Source: Chrysomallon squamiferum
Lineage: Eukaryota; Animalia; Mollusca
Direction: 5' to 3'
Assembly: GCA_012295275.1 (NCBI GenBank)
Contig: CM022679.1
Span: 9,114,001 to 9,178,000 of the forward strand
Length of the DNA: 64,000 nt
Within the stretch, counting starts at the first letter, position 1, and every line of letters starts with the position of its first letter. The position numbers and the translations under genes are program-made. Below the pieces are notes generated by a model. The model saw only the letters and a list, made by a program, of their open reading frames with translations, was not told the origin of the DNA and ran no database searches. This document shows positions 50,888-64,000 of this stretch, one piece after another.

Positions 50888-51995
50888 TTTACTCAGTCGC
50901 AAGGCAGAAAAACACTCGAGTGAGAGAGAGCGAGAGAGGGAGACAGAGAGACACAGTTCAGTTCTCGCTACGGCTGGCTCGGTTACGGACTGATCAGATC
51001 AGAGTAAACGGGAGACTAGCAAGGCGATTATGAATGAACGCTCAACTGAAATAGTCGTTCTAAACGTTGATAAGCTCCCTTTGCCTGCTGGTGATACAGC
51101 ATTCGGCAGACGCTCTGCTGCATACAGAGACAATTAATTACCACAAACGCTTTGTTGTCCAGTTAACAATTTCATTGGAAAAAAAAAAAAAAAAAAAAAT
51201 AATAATAATAAATAAATAAATTGGAGGGTAGGTTACTACTAGGTATGGTAATAAAGTATTTACTGTTTTTAATTATAACTAAATAAATATTGTATTACAT
51301 TATTAATAAATTTAATTCAGTGTGTTTGCATCTTTATACATTTTAATAACCATTGGATTCAAACGTTACGTCCCGCTTTTTAAACTTAGGTACGCCAATA
51401 TCTGTTTTCACATTCCTAAACAGATATCACAAAATCCGAGCCAAAAATGACAATCGGTGGCAACAGCGCATCAAAATTTTCTTTGTGAAGCCTTGCATAT
51501 GAAACCATGTCTAATCTTTCAGTGTACATTTTACTTGCATAAAAGCCAGGTAAAAACTTCCACCTGGAACTATAATATTGACGGAGTTATTTTATAGATT
51601 TCATTTTAAAATGAACTATTATTATTACGGCATGATTTTCGAGAAACGGAGGCGGCGAGCGATATGCAGTTTAGAACACCGTTCAAATAAAATATATAAA
51701 GTGTCTATAATTTATTCCTTCACATATAGAATTTTGATATATTTATTTGAATAAAAAGTTAGAAACAACTACTACTGTTAATACTGTTACCACCACCACC
51801 ACCACCACTACTACTACAACTATTAAATAGTAATAATCATCGTAATAAATTAATTAAATGACGCTTAAATTTTTAACCAAAAAGTATATTAGCTATGCTT
51901 ATGGTAGCTTTCACCAAACATTAGTACTTTTCTAGCACTACATTTTGTGCTTAACCGAAATCAATATTCTAGTTTTCACTTTCTCTCTTCTCTAG

Positions 51996-52057
<62 letters not shown>

Positions 52058-54889
52058 AAAGATAAATTTCTAAAACTTATTCACATATTCATAATGGCTA
52101 TTTATTAGAAAATAAATAACATACATATATATATAAACCTACGATATGAAATCTCGGTCTTCATTTTTATGGTGAAACTCATTAGGTACACTACATTGAG
52201 TCTGTAATTACCCTTTTAACAGCAACAAGTCTTTGATATACTGCAGAGAAATTGAAACGAGAAATATCGATAAATTTGTTGGCGTCAGATGTGATACATT
52301 TTAGAAGCATGGCTACACAATAACAGAGGTCCTGTGAATAAAACGGCTGAAAAACCAATACCCAGAATTTATAAACCAGTTTACTTTTGAAATGTTTTTT
52401 TTTGAAGAAAAGGCCACTTTATAAAATATGAAAACAACACATCAGGAAATTAATATGAATGTAAACGATGATCAGTTTCGCAAAATTGTAACGCTGGAGA
52501 CATAATTATGACAGTTGTGGTTATTACGTTTTTTATTTCACAGTTCTGATTTGAATTAAAGCAGAGACATTTCATAGACATTTCAGCTGTCAAAAAGGTT
52601 ATGGCAGGAATCTCAAGTCTTATTATTAAGGTGCAAGTCAGACTATGTACATGTATATATATATCGCAATAACTACTATATTTTTGTTTTTCTTCTATCT
52701 CTGATAGACAATCAAGTCTCTTACATAAGCTGAAAGGATATATTATCAACGGCTTTTGTTTTCGTCAATTTGGTTTCACGCTTCGAAATCTGAAGATTGC
52801 TTCCACCAGTACATATCAGAAACTATAATGAAGTACTAACGCCAGGAAAATAATTATATTCTACCATGATAATAGTAAAATCTAAATGACATCTTGGAAA
52901 GATATTACTAAAATCTCAGGCGTCAAATATGTTATCACAGTTATAAAAACTGATACAACTGCATTTTAAAAGATGTCTTCTGGAAAAAATTTGCAATAAA
53001 CTCGGGAAAGATAAAAGTTGATATGTATATTATTTATTTTATGCTTTAGTTTATAATTTATATGAGAATGAAGCCATGCATATATAACGAAAAACATCTG
53101 GAACGATAATAACAATGGAAAGAGGGTTTCAAATGGTTCAGTACACAGAAACGAAAAATCCGAGTGAAACAAAACTTTGGTTTAATGGATGTGAGATGCA
53201 TTTATTTCAATCGTTTTAACTATGTACTCAGTGAATGGAACACATTTAATGCAATATATTATGTAGATGTTAATTTAAATGCATCATTAATAAACGTTTC
53301 AGATGCTGCGTGCGCGGGGTGTCATTTTATAAATAGCCACAGACACGCACTCTGACCTTGTCAGAAACCGTGTCCACTGCATGCGTGCCTCACAACAGCT
53401 TGATCTGATCAGCACGTTAATGATTTTTCACTTCAGTTCAGTTCGATTCATAAAAAATCAGGGCCAATTTCTTTTGGCGATTTCAGAACTTCTTCATCAT
53501 AATCTATGGACCTTATTGAATACCCCAGAACCAATCTTAACACGAATCTTGGTAAATATGTGGATTTAAGGATTTACTGTAACTCCTGCAATTAAGCGTT
53601 TTGTAATTAACTGCTTTTATTGGATGACAATAATGATTATGTATATAAATATATATATATATATATATTTTTGCTATCACTTCTAAATCATTGTACGAGT
53701 TCTGTTAGATGTTATGAAACAAATACAATTACAACTTTTATCAAAATACCTTCACTGATTTTTTAAAAACAAATTATTTTTTATTTGTCCATATATAACT
53801 ACAATTAATAAACCATACAGTTTGTTTTTAGTTTCAGGTGTTTGTAACAGAAAAAACACAGATAAATTCAAATAATAATTTAAAAATACAAAAATCTAGC
53901 TGGAATAAATAGAACAGAAAGTTTATATACTATACATTACGATCTTCAGCGTATTTTTGGTATACTATTCCAAAAATACTTTATTTTTATCTTTTTCTTG
54001 TTCTTCTTTTTACTATTCCTATTATTGTTGTTGTTGTTATTATTATTTATTTAAGTATTTATTTATTTATTATTTTTTTTATTATTATTCACTTTTTACA
54101 AAATGTATGACATTACCAAACAGTTATGATTTATTTATTTATTATTATTATTATTATTCACGACTTTAATACAAAACGTATGACATTTGGAAACAGATCG
54201 ATCACCAGTTTTGATATTCAAGGAGTTCAGTGAATGCGCTATCCGGACACTGAAAAGCCTTTGCTAATGTTGAAGTCTTAAGTGAGATTTCTAGTTAATA
54301 ATATTATTTTGTAACTGGGTGATGAGGATTTACGTCACACTTATTTTCTGTAACGGGGAAGCTGTGTTTTCGAAGATAACCAAAACCTTCCTGAATGCAG
54401 CTTGAAGCGAAAAGCTGTAAATCTAAAAAAAAAAAAAAAAAAATTTCACGATACCCATCTCACAACTGTCAAATGGAAACGGCTTTAAAGGATTTTTCAT
54501 CGAAGTATCGCTTGGAAATAACAATCACAGAAAAGTGTATTAAATTATCATTATACTTGCTTGCAGTAACCAAATTCTTCTAGTGGCTTCCATTCATACC
54601 CCCCCACCCCCACAAACCCATAGCATTCGTGCAAGAACAAATGGTACTGTATTAAATACTGATAGTAAAACACAAGCAGTGTTTCTTCGTTTCGTATGGA
54701 TTTCAGCTTAAATATCTGCAGCTAATCTCGTTTCAGAGTTCAGTGCAGAAGAGAAAGTTACGGACAAAATTTATCTCCGAAAGTTCTTTTCATCCTATAA
54801 TTTGTTAACAAATATACAACTGTATATCGTTATCTGTTCTGCGATATGCGTTAATGTCAGTTACATACGAGGTCCAGTGATGAATAAAA

Positions 54890-54990
54890 TAATGTTATTT
54901 CCCGTTCCAGGCAGTAACTCCGGTCAGTATTTTCCTGTTATCAGAAGGTGCTTATAAATTATCCATTTGCTATTAATTGTTAAAATAGCA
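54890..54990 (+). mobile_element. SINE core fragment (same family as 7612 and 43486)
   Basis: tatttcccgttccaggcagt (to 54915) followed by gaaggtgcttataaattatccatttgctattaattg. Confidence 0.45.
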
Positions 54991-55611
54991 GTGTGTGTGT
55001 GTGCGTGTGTAAGTGCGCGCGCGTGTGTGAAATTGTATTTAACATCAAGCAAACGTTAGTACAGTGTTCGGATAGTGTTCGAAATGTGTTCGGATAGCAT
55101 AAATTGTATTTCTTTCTTTGTGAAAATGTACGAGATGAGGAAATGACGTCAGATCTTTGGTTTATTAATCGTAAGAGTAATGGTGTCCAAATAACTTATT
55201 TTCATGCAGGATGGAAAAATAAATCACAGACAAAACAGCCTGTAAGCCAACAAGAACAACAACAAATAAATAATAACTAACAAACACACTAGCTAACAAA
55301 ATAAATAAAAATAAAATAAATAAATAAATAAATAAATAATAATAAATAAATAATAGTTTTTAATTTTATTATTATTATTATTTATTATTATTATTTTTTA
55401 TTTTTATTTTTTATTTTTTATTTTTTTTAAATAGGCTATTGACATCGTAAGAAAGATGAGTAACTGGAAACACTGATTACATCTTTTAGCAGTAAAGACT
55501 TCAGGATGAATGATATTGAGAAAAGAAAAAAAAAACAAGAAAAAAGCTGCCATTATTATGCAAATATTAGATAAAAAATAGTTTAAAATAAAATAATCAG
55601 TACATTCCAGA

Positions 55612-55670
<59 letters not shown>

Positions 55671-55758
55671 TAATAGGTATAGTTGATTGCTAAGTGTCCT
55701 TTGAAGTTCCTAATTACATCAAGGCTTGACTGCTAAAATCGTTTGCTGGAATACTAAT

Positions 55759-55761
<3 letters not shown>

Positions 55762-55834
<73 letters not shown>
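55762..55834. repeat. (CT)n(CA)n microsatellite
   Basis: Direct reading. Confidence 0.97.
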
Positions 55835-55837
<3 letters not shown>

Positions 55838-56989
55838 GGACTACAATAATTTGTAATTATATAAGGTCATTCAGGTCAAACAGCAAAACTGCTCAAGACG
55901 AATACATTCACAAAGCCAAGTTTGCTTTTAAACCGCTTTACGTAATTCGCCATTTTCTCGTCTGCGGGGCGGATTTGCTTTGGCGCTGCATGACATACAA
56001 TTAACTGAACATTTCAGCATAGATTTGTATCGGCGATGTCAGCATATCATCACATGATTACTGAGCTGCGTGAGCTGATATGGATGACGTGATTACTGAG
56101 CTGATATGGATGACCTGCGGAAAGAATTATTTCCATGGACGATCGCAGAAGCCATCTGTGTGAAAATGAAACTGCAGCAACTGAAATTGTGACATTTCCA
56201 CTTCCAAGCAAAAGCCAGGTTATTGTACAAGAAAAAAAAAAAAGAAAAGAAAAGAAGACACGCTTCTACATCATACGATATAACTGGAGAAGATGCAGTA
56301 AGCCAATCGAAAACTAGGACACAAATGAAGACGAAGAAAGGCTTTAGCAGATACGTAATTCTATCTGAATTTTGTAAAGCCAAACAAATGTTAAATTTAA
56401 TACGTGACAAGTGACATTAGCTCCAGGAAAATATGCCCCCCCAAGTGCATTATCCCTCCAAGACTATACTGTCCACTTAAATAGCACAATAAGCAGCAAA
56501 GAAAAACAAATGCTTGTAAATTAGATTTCACCAGTTTTCATAATACAGTAATATCGTGGTCGTGGAAAATCTTTTTCTTTTTTTCAAACTGTATTTTGCT
56601 AAGTTCTCGTTATTTGTATTTCTCCAGTATAATATATGACAGTTTTATGGCAAAGGGCACATTTTAGCCAGCCAAAGGATACTTAAAAAAAATAAAATAA
56701 AAACGATTGTACATGTTGCTTAAGATTATGCATAGTTCACGTATGTTTTGATTAAGACCATTTTGTAAAATGGCACTCTCATCTAAACAGTTAGTATTCT
56801 CACTTTTCTCAGTACAAGCTTGACAATTTGAAGAAATAAAAACAGGATGTTCATTTTCTCAAAAATTCTAATCATGCAATGGCCATTTTAAAATTACTGT
56901 GATGAAAGGGAATTCTGTGATGAATTCTTGATGAAAGGGAATGTTCTGATATAAAAGTTAAATTTATTTTTAATTGCTGAAACATGCAG

Positions 56990-57026
<37 letters not shown>

Positions 57027-57808
57027 ATAATAATTTAAAAAAAAAATAATAAAAATAAACAGAAAGAAGAAGAAAAAAAAAAATATAAACTTGGAACTTT
57101 AAAATACATATGTAATTAAAATTATTTGTAAATAAATTTCTTGCTATTATAATTATTATAATTTCTTTTTTTTTTTTTTTTTTTTTACAGAATTTGATGT
57201 TGGCTTCTTTTTTAATTTTATTTTTATTTATTTTTTATTGAATTATTCAGATGTCAAGAAAATGCAAGTCGAGGAGAGTTTAATTTATTTCATTTAATAA
57301 ATTTTGTATCATTTTTGAAAATATTTATCATGAATCTGCAAAACTTTAGAAGCTTCTAATTTCTTAGATGCCACATGTTTTGCTACAAGCAAGTCTAAGA
57401 AAGTAGTAATAATATAATATAATGGTTTTTCAAAGGAATATTTAAACTGAAATCCTGGATTAATTGCAGAACCAGATAAAAAAAAGAAAGTTTATTTATA
57501 AATTTCCCTTGTGAACTTCTGCACCTGTGTTGATGCAGTATTTTTAGAAGTTTACCGCTGAAAACTAAACGCTGAATCTAAATGTGAGAATTAAAAACAA
57601 CATAGAAATAAACTGTTTAAAACAAAATTTATGTATAAAAACAGTTTTTCATCCTATGCATGAAACTGCCAGCAATTCATTTAGCAAGCAAGCTAATTTT
57701 ATAATGGCAGGAAATGAATAACAGTAATATAAAATACGATAATTAACCTGAGTTGATCACAGATGTTGTTCATTATATTTTTTTTTTCCTCTCACAGTTA
57801 CTGCTGGC

Positions 57809-60800
57809 TTACGGCAAAGGCTTCTTATCAGGGGAAATAAATCTGTCAAAATAAAGCAAAACCCACAAAACTGTAAAATATGAATGTACTTTTTTTCATA
57901 ATGTAATAAAAAATGGAATAATGTTAAAGTAAATATGTTTTGTAGGTTTAAGCCATGCAATTAATTTTGTTTTAAAAATACTGGCACATATCTAGTTTAC
58001 CTTATACAGTGATCATGCTGAACAGCATTATATGATAGTCAACATATTGCTCATTTTATTTGGTATTCATTTAGTGCACTGTAATCAAATTAATAGTTCT
58101 TGTGTTGCAGTAGAAACCAAATGTTAATTTAACTTTATCAAATGATGGGGTGGGGACAACAATGAAATGACAACAAACTGATTAAAAATGCATTTAAAAA
58201 AAAAATTTAAAATTAAAGAAAAGAGAAGAGGTTTGAACAGGATGCTTGCACTAAGTCATTCTATCTATTTATTTAATTTTACATTGATTCAACTATAGGT
58301 TAACAAAAACTTACACTTGTATATAAATTTACACTTTTCTAACAAACATTTTACAAAATTTTAAATTTAATTTCACAAATCAGCAATATAAATATGTATA
58401 TATACATTATACAAATAATAAACAGAATGTATGTTTTATAATTTCAAACAATTAACATTCTAAATAAATGCTGTTTACAAAACAACCTAAAATACTACAA
58501 AATGACAATTAAATATATCAGACAAACACAGCAGCTATTTCTGAGTATTCATTAAACTGTTACCTGTGTCTGGCTTCTTCCTTAAACAGTGTGTCTTTAT
58601 TGTAGTACTCAAATATAAATTCTTTGTCGCAGAGATATTTGTGCGTTTCCAAAAATTCCTGGAATGATGTCATCAGACTACAGTTCTTTAGAGCATCTGA
58701 AACCATGTGGATGAAAAATACTGTGATTGTTTCATGGTATCCTGTTTTTATCTGAAATAAATGTACACAATAAATCAGTCTTGGAGAAACGAAATTCTGA
58801 TTTTAGTTGATGTAAACTACACCCAAATCCGATTTACACTGTTACAGTTTTGATTATTATACAATACAGTGTAAACTGTTATTGTTAAACAATATAAACA
58901 TACACATGAACTGTTATAGTTTTATTGTTATACAATGTAAACCAACATATACTGTTATTGTTATACAATATAAACATAAATGTGAACTCATAGTTTTACT
59001 GTTATATAACATAAACCCATGCACAGTTATTGTTACACAATATAAAAATACACATGAACTGTTATAATTTTATTTTTATCCAATGAAACCCACATACATT
59101 CATTATTATATTTTTATTATACAATATAAACCCACCTACATAGATTGTTAGTTTTATTATAGAACATAAACCAATGAATACACATTATTACAGTTGCATT
59201 GTTCACAACATAAACCCATATATATATATATATATATAGTTATATTTTTGTTATACAACATAAACATATACAAACATTGGTATAGTTTTGTTATAGAACA
59301 TAAACCCACATAAACACATTATTATCATTTTATTGTTATACAATATAAACCCATATATACACATTATTGTTATATAACATAAACCCACATGCATACATTG
59401 TTATAGTTTTATTGTTATACAACATAAACAAATATACACATTATTATTATAGTTTTATTGCTATGTAACATAAACCCATATATACACACACATTGTTATA
59501 ATTTTATTATTACACAACATAAACCCACATACATTGTTATAATTTTATTATTACACAACATAAACCCACATATACATTGTTATAGTTTTATTATTTTACA
59601 ACATAAACCCACACACACATTATAGTTTTATTATTACACAACATAAACCCACAAATACACAGTTACAGTTTTATTATACAACATAAACCCACATACACAC
59701 ACTGTTATAGTTTTATTATTGTACAACATAAACCCACATATACACATTATAGTTTTATTATTACACAACATAAACCCACAAATACAGTTACAGTTTTATT
59801 ATACAACATAAACCCACATACACACAGTTATAGTTTTATTATTGTACAACATAAACCCACATACACACATTATAGTTTTATTATTACACAACATAAACCC
59901 ACAAATACACAGTTACAGTTTTATCACACAACATAAACCCACAAATACAGTTATAGTTTTATTATACAACATAAACCCACATACACACATTGTTATAGTT
60001 TTATTGTTATACAACATAAACCCACGTTGCCAGAATCAAAACACATTAATGTCCAAAGGGAGATAATTCACTTTATTAATTAAAAAAAAAGAAAAGAAAG
60101 ACCTAATTAAATGTGCTCAGATTGATCAAGCTACAGAAGAAAAATGACATAAATACATCTATCTGTATTTTCTTTAGCACAATTCACTACAGCACTAATT
60201 TATATTAACTGGATTCTTTACAGAAAGAAGATGAAAATTAAAAGGACAGAAATTCGTACTTTCAGTTTCTATACAATTCTCTTTCTTTATGACTTGAAGA
60301 CACACAACAAAACAGAATTCTAGGATATTTTCAGTACTTACTTTTTCTTTATTTTGATCATTAAACTTTTGTATACCAAGTGAAAAAAAAAAATATCGTC
60401 AGTTATTTAATTATGCAGATATCAAAATTATCTATAAATTAAAAACAGCCAACTATTTTATGATTTACAGATGTGAAATTAAGCAAATTAATTTGTCTGG
60501 ATCATGATAAATTCTTTCTATCTTGATCCTGTTGAAAAAGATTGTTTCTCACATTCTTTACTGTTAAAGTATCTGAACAGAATTAAAGTTAATTTATCCT
60601 GCATATATGTGTCTGGTTTTAATTAAAGAATATTTACTTAATGTAAGGAGTTGCTGCTTCTTTCCCGTATTCTCTAATGTAATTCCAGGACATCCTGAGA
60701 TGAGCTTCGTGTGTCCAGTCTTCAAATGGCAATGTTGCATGCTCAAATGCCTGCAGGAATACTTCATCACCTACTGAACAAAATGACCTAAGATAAAATA

Positions 60801-61757
60801 TAAATAAAACATCATTCAGAAATTTATATTAATATTATGGTGCATATTCAAATAAAAGCAAAAACAAAAGATGATAATGATAAAGTTGTATTAAAAAATA
60901 AACATAAATGAAATATAATATTTTTAAATAAAGTTTTGAAAAATAATAATTTTTGATAAAGCTTTGAAATAACAATATTTTTAAATAAACTTTTGAAATG
61001 ATAATACTGCAATTATGTAATTCTGTTTTTAAAAATGCAATGGACTGTTTGAAATGAAAGCTAAAACAAAGATAATAATAAAGTTTAATTAAAAATAAAC
61101 ATAAATGGAATGTATGTTTTTAATAAAGTCTTGAAATAATAATATTTAGAATTATATATTACTGGGGTATTAATATTGTTTTAAAAAATAGAATATGTTT
61201 ACTGTAAAGCTGTTAAAAAGTCATACTTTATAAAACAAGAAAAGTATAGCTTTTACAAAAACAGGAAAATTATGCCTTATAAAAACAATTATACCTTATA
61301 AAAGAAAAAATTATGTGTAATTAAAGAAGAAAATTTGATCTTATGAAAAAAAAAAAATTATGCATTATATAAAAAAAACATATGCCTTAAAATGAAAACT
61401 ATGCCTTACAAAAGAAGAAAATTATACCTTATAAAATATAAAAGTGGATCCTGCAGATTTTCTGCAACACTGACACCCAGAACATTGCTGTACCAGACGT
61501 GATGGTCACCCACTGTATGAACTGAATGCACGTGACACACTATAACAGCCAGAGAACCAATGATGATAGGAAGACCCTGAAAAAAATAATTATATTAAAA
61601 TCAGTATAATTTACATATTAAAATATATTTCTACAGCATTACTACTACTACTTCTACTACTGCTGCTACTACTACTAGTACTGCTACTATTACTAAAAAT
61701 AATAATAATAATTATCAGAACAATAACATAAATAACAACTGTAATAATAATAATAAA

Positions 61758-61840
<83 letters not shown>

Positions 61841-62417
61841 TTCATTCAGATGTTGTCCATTTGTTAATGGTTTCTCTTTATGATTATTATAAATATTATT
61901 TCAAACTCTCTCACATCTTCTCTCTGTATGTGTGCGATTGATTCAAACTGACAGCTGCCTTCACCAGGGTTGTTAGCAAAATGCATTGCATGTCGGACCT
62001 GAAAGAAGAAAAAATCAAAAACATTATCACTTAATTTCAACCAATATATTAAAAAGTAAATAGAGCAAACCTTAAATTATTTCAGTTACGAGTTCTTTAA
62101 TTTTAATATATGCTGACAAAATATGCAGTAAAAAAAAATTCAAAAGTAGTAAAAAAATAAAAATGAAAAATAAAAAAATTTCAAAATGCTGTTTAAGTGC
62201 ATCGTGTCATTATTTATTTTTATCAAAATGTTTCAACAGCCCATCTGTTTTGTGTTTATTCAGCAGTTAACTTGCCATTTTGAATAACATAAATTAATCA
62301 TGTGTGTGTGTGTATGTATGTGTGTGTGTATTTGTGTGTCATAACTAAAAGTGAGATACATGTTTTATATGCACATAAACTTAAGTCACAGTTGTGTTTT
62401 TAATAATAATAATAATA

Positions 62418-62448
<31 letters not shown>

Positions 62449-64000
62449 TTATAATAATAATAATAATAAAAATACAAAAAACCTTGGATTTGTTTAATGC
62501 AAAAGTTAATTTCAAGATAAGTTTAGGAAATTTAAAAAGAAACAAATTAAAAATTTTAAATATATAATATTTAAAACTTACCAAAAAATCCCCATTCAGT
62601 TAATTTTATTATAAAAAAAAGAAACCCTAAAAAGTAAAATAAAATTATTTTACATCACTGAGCAAATCAATCATAATTATGTTTTAAATTTACATGTAAT
62701 ATTTTCAGTATTACATACCTGATTATTTGCCAATACATGGAGGGCAAAATGATCTACAGATTGCAAAAGGTCATGCATACTACTGAAAAGAAAATTAATA
62801 CTCAAATTTAAATAACATCACACACTGATATAAATGTTGACTGTTTATAATAGTCATATTTTTACTTACACCTAATAAAATATAAATATATATATATATA
62901 TATTTATTATTTTTTTTAAAAGAAGGAAACAAAAATTTTAATTTTCAGTGTGTGATTCTCATAGAATCAATTTATACATGACAATATAATACTAAGGATA
63001 TCTTATGCCAATTAAAAATGATTATCTTTATTATAAACATTTTGAATTGTTTGTTTTTTAAATATTATTTAAATCATGCTGTAGGATATGGCTGGTTGTT
63101 TTTAAATATTGTTTAAAATCCTGTTACAGTATTATTTATTAGTTATAAGAAAATGAAAAACCTGTTTTTGTAGAGACAGAAACTGACTATGGGAGGAGAG
63201 AATGACACGCTGGTGAAGGAAGTACATGTAACTCCACGCTTTATCCATTTGTTGTTTTCTTTGTCAAACGTTCCAGCTGTTACTACCACCACTGAATTAA
63301 AATAAATTCAAATTAAAATAAAAATTAAAAATTATAAAGAAATTAAATTTAAACCTAATATATAATCATGTTTTCATTCAAGAACATTTACTTAATATAA
63401 AGTGTTACAGCCCTAAGTTCTGTCTTTTCAACAAGATTTCATTCCATCCCAAAATAAGCTTCATGTATGATGTATAATAAAGTTCTATTTAATCTGAATG
63501 AAAAATTTATTTAATTTTGAATTTTCACTGGATACATTAAATAAAGCTAATTTAAAATTTTGTCTTAAAATGCTGGATTCATTAATTTCCACATCAAGTG
63601 CCACAAGTATAAGCAATATCTACCAAGATTTAGTTACACAAACTGTCATATTATAAACTAATTTCTCGATTAATGTAAAGTTAACGACGTCTGCAACAAA
63701 ACAAACCTTGCTGAGGTACTTTTCTCATTACTGCATGTAAATTATCTATCACAGCCTTGTCATCAGGCTTAGTGGTTTTCAGAAGCTCAGGAAAATTAGG
63801 CACTGAAAATAAACAGATAACAGTATGTAACATACCAGAATAAACAGAAATTAACATTTTACACGATTATCTGTTTTTGTGATATGTCTAAGGTATGGTA
63901 CCTATCAAATGGGTGTCAGATGTTTGGACAGGGATGCAGCTTCAGTGCTTGTCACAAGTTGCCAACTACTTTCCATAGATAACTTACCCAATTTGGTAAC
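57809..64000 (-). CDS. Uncharacterised protein: flavin reductase-like (HpaC/RutF, FMN split-barrel) domain fused to a C-terminal HxxH/YHET domain; 5' end beyond the window
   Basis: Exons >64000-63988, 63802-63707, 63291-63162, 62782-62719, 61998-61915, 61576-61428, 60787-60638, 60381-60342 (acceptor AG absent), 58751-58564, 57842-57809(TAA); all phases match. VMRKVPQQVVVVTAG...RGVTCTSFTSVSFSPPIVSFC...FALHVLANNQ...GLPII...VGDHHVW...PLLY, then FEDWTHEAHLRMSWNYI...GYHETITVFFI...EYY...ARHRFISPDKKPLP. Not in the ORF track. Confidence 0.9.
58840..60025. repeat. ~40-bp minisatellite array in an intron of the flavin-reductase fusion gene
   Basis: Roughly 25-30 units of acaacataaacccacatacacattgttatagttttattatt, becoming more homogeneous toward 60025. 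Confidence 0.95.
60850..61150. repeat. Degenerate ~200-bp-period duplication in intron
   Basis: aaagc.aaaacaaa.gat.ataat.ataaagtt...aaaaataaacataaatg.aat twice. Confidence 0.65.
61240..61440. repeat. ~21-bp minisatellite built from a splice-donor junction
   Basis: Repeated aaaattat(a/g)ccttataaaa; the last unit is the real donor at 61428/61427. Confidence 0.75.
61764..61836. repeat. (CT)n microsatellite
   Basis: Direct reading. Confidence 0.97.

Noticed and set aside
58840-60025. CRISPR-like look: constant acaacataaacccac motif with variable intervening sequence
   Set aside because: The intervening sequences are homologous to each other, the array is inside a spliceosomal intron, and there are no cas genes; it is a minisatellite.
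63902-63987. Extension of the last visible exon (open frame GKLSMESSWQ...)
   Set aside because: It ends in TGA TAG, and the G|GTAAGT donor at 63988/63987 already gives the required phase 1.
46770-64000. Bacterial contamination or recent horizontal transfer of the GS-like and flavin reductase genes
   Set aside because: Both have spliceosomal introns and sit in typical host repeat-rich DNA; any transfer would be ancient and needs phylogeny.

Overview
AT-rich, intron-rich, microsatellite-dense animal genomic DNA. It is probably a gastropod mollusc, inferred from the SINE family and gene content rather than proven. Exon-by-exon reconstruction gives seven genes: (1) the 3' part of an acid lipase (LIPA/LIPF family, +); (2) a complete tandem lipase paralog (+); (3) short-form ALG13 (-); (4) RSAD1/HemW (+), head-to-head with ALG13; (5) ATF7IP/MCAF1/Windei (-); then ~16 kb without a clear gene; (6) a two-exon GSI/lengsin-like gamma-glutamyl ligase (-) with a GC-AG intron; and (7) a multi-exon gene (-), running off the window end, that fuses an HpaC/RutF-type flavin reductase domain to a His/Glu-motif domain of unknown function. 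Main leads are that fusion protein, a ~537-bp near-identical inverted copy linking RSAD1 intron 6 to the RSAD1/ATF7IP 3' region, a GS-like enzyme lacking ammonia-site residues, and an exact 25-bp motif repeated upstream of and inside the GS-like gene. Four independent 1-2 nt lesions in otherwise intact genes point to long-read assembly indels rather than pseudogenes. All identifications come from manual translation and motif recognition; no database search was run.
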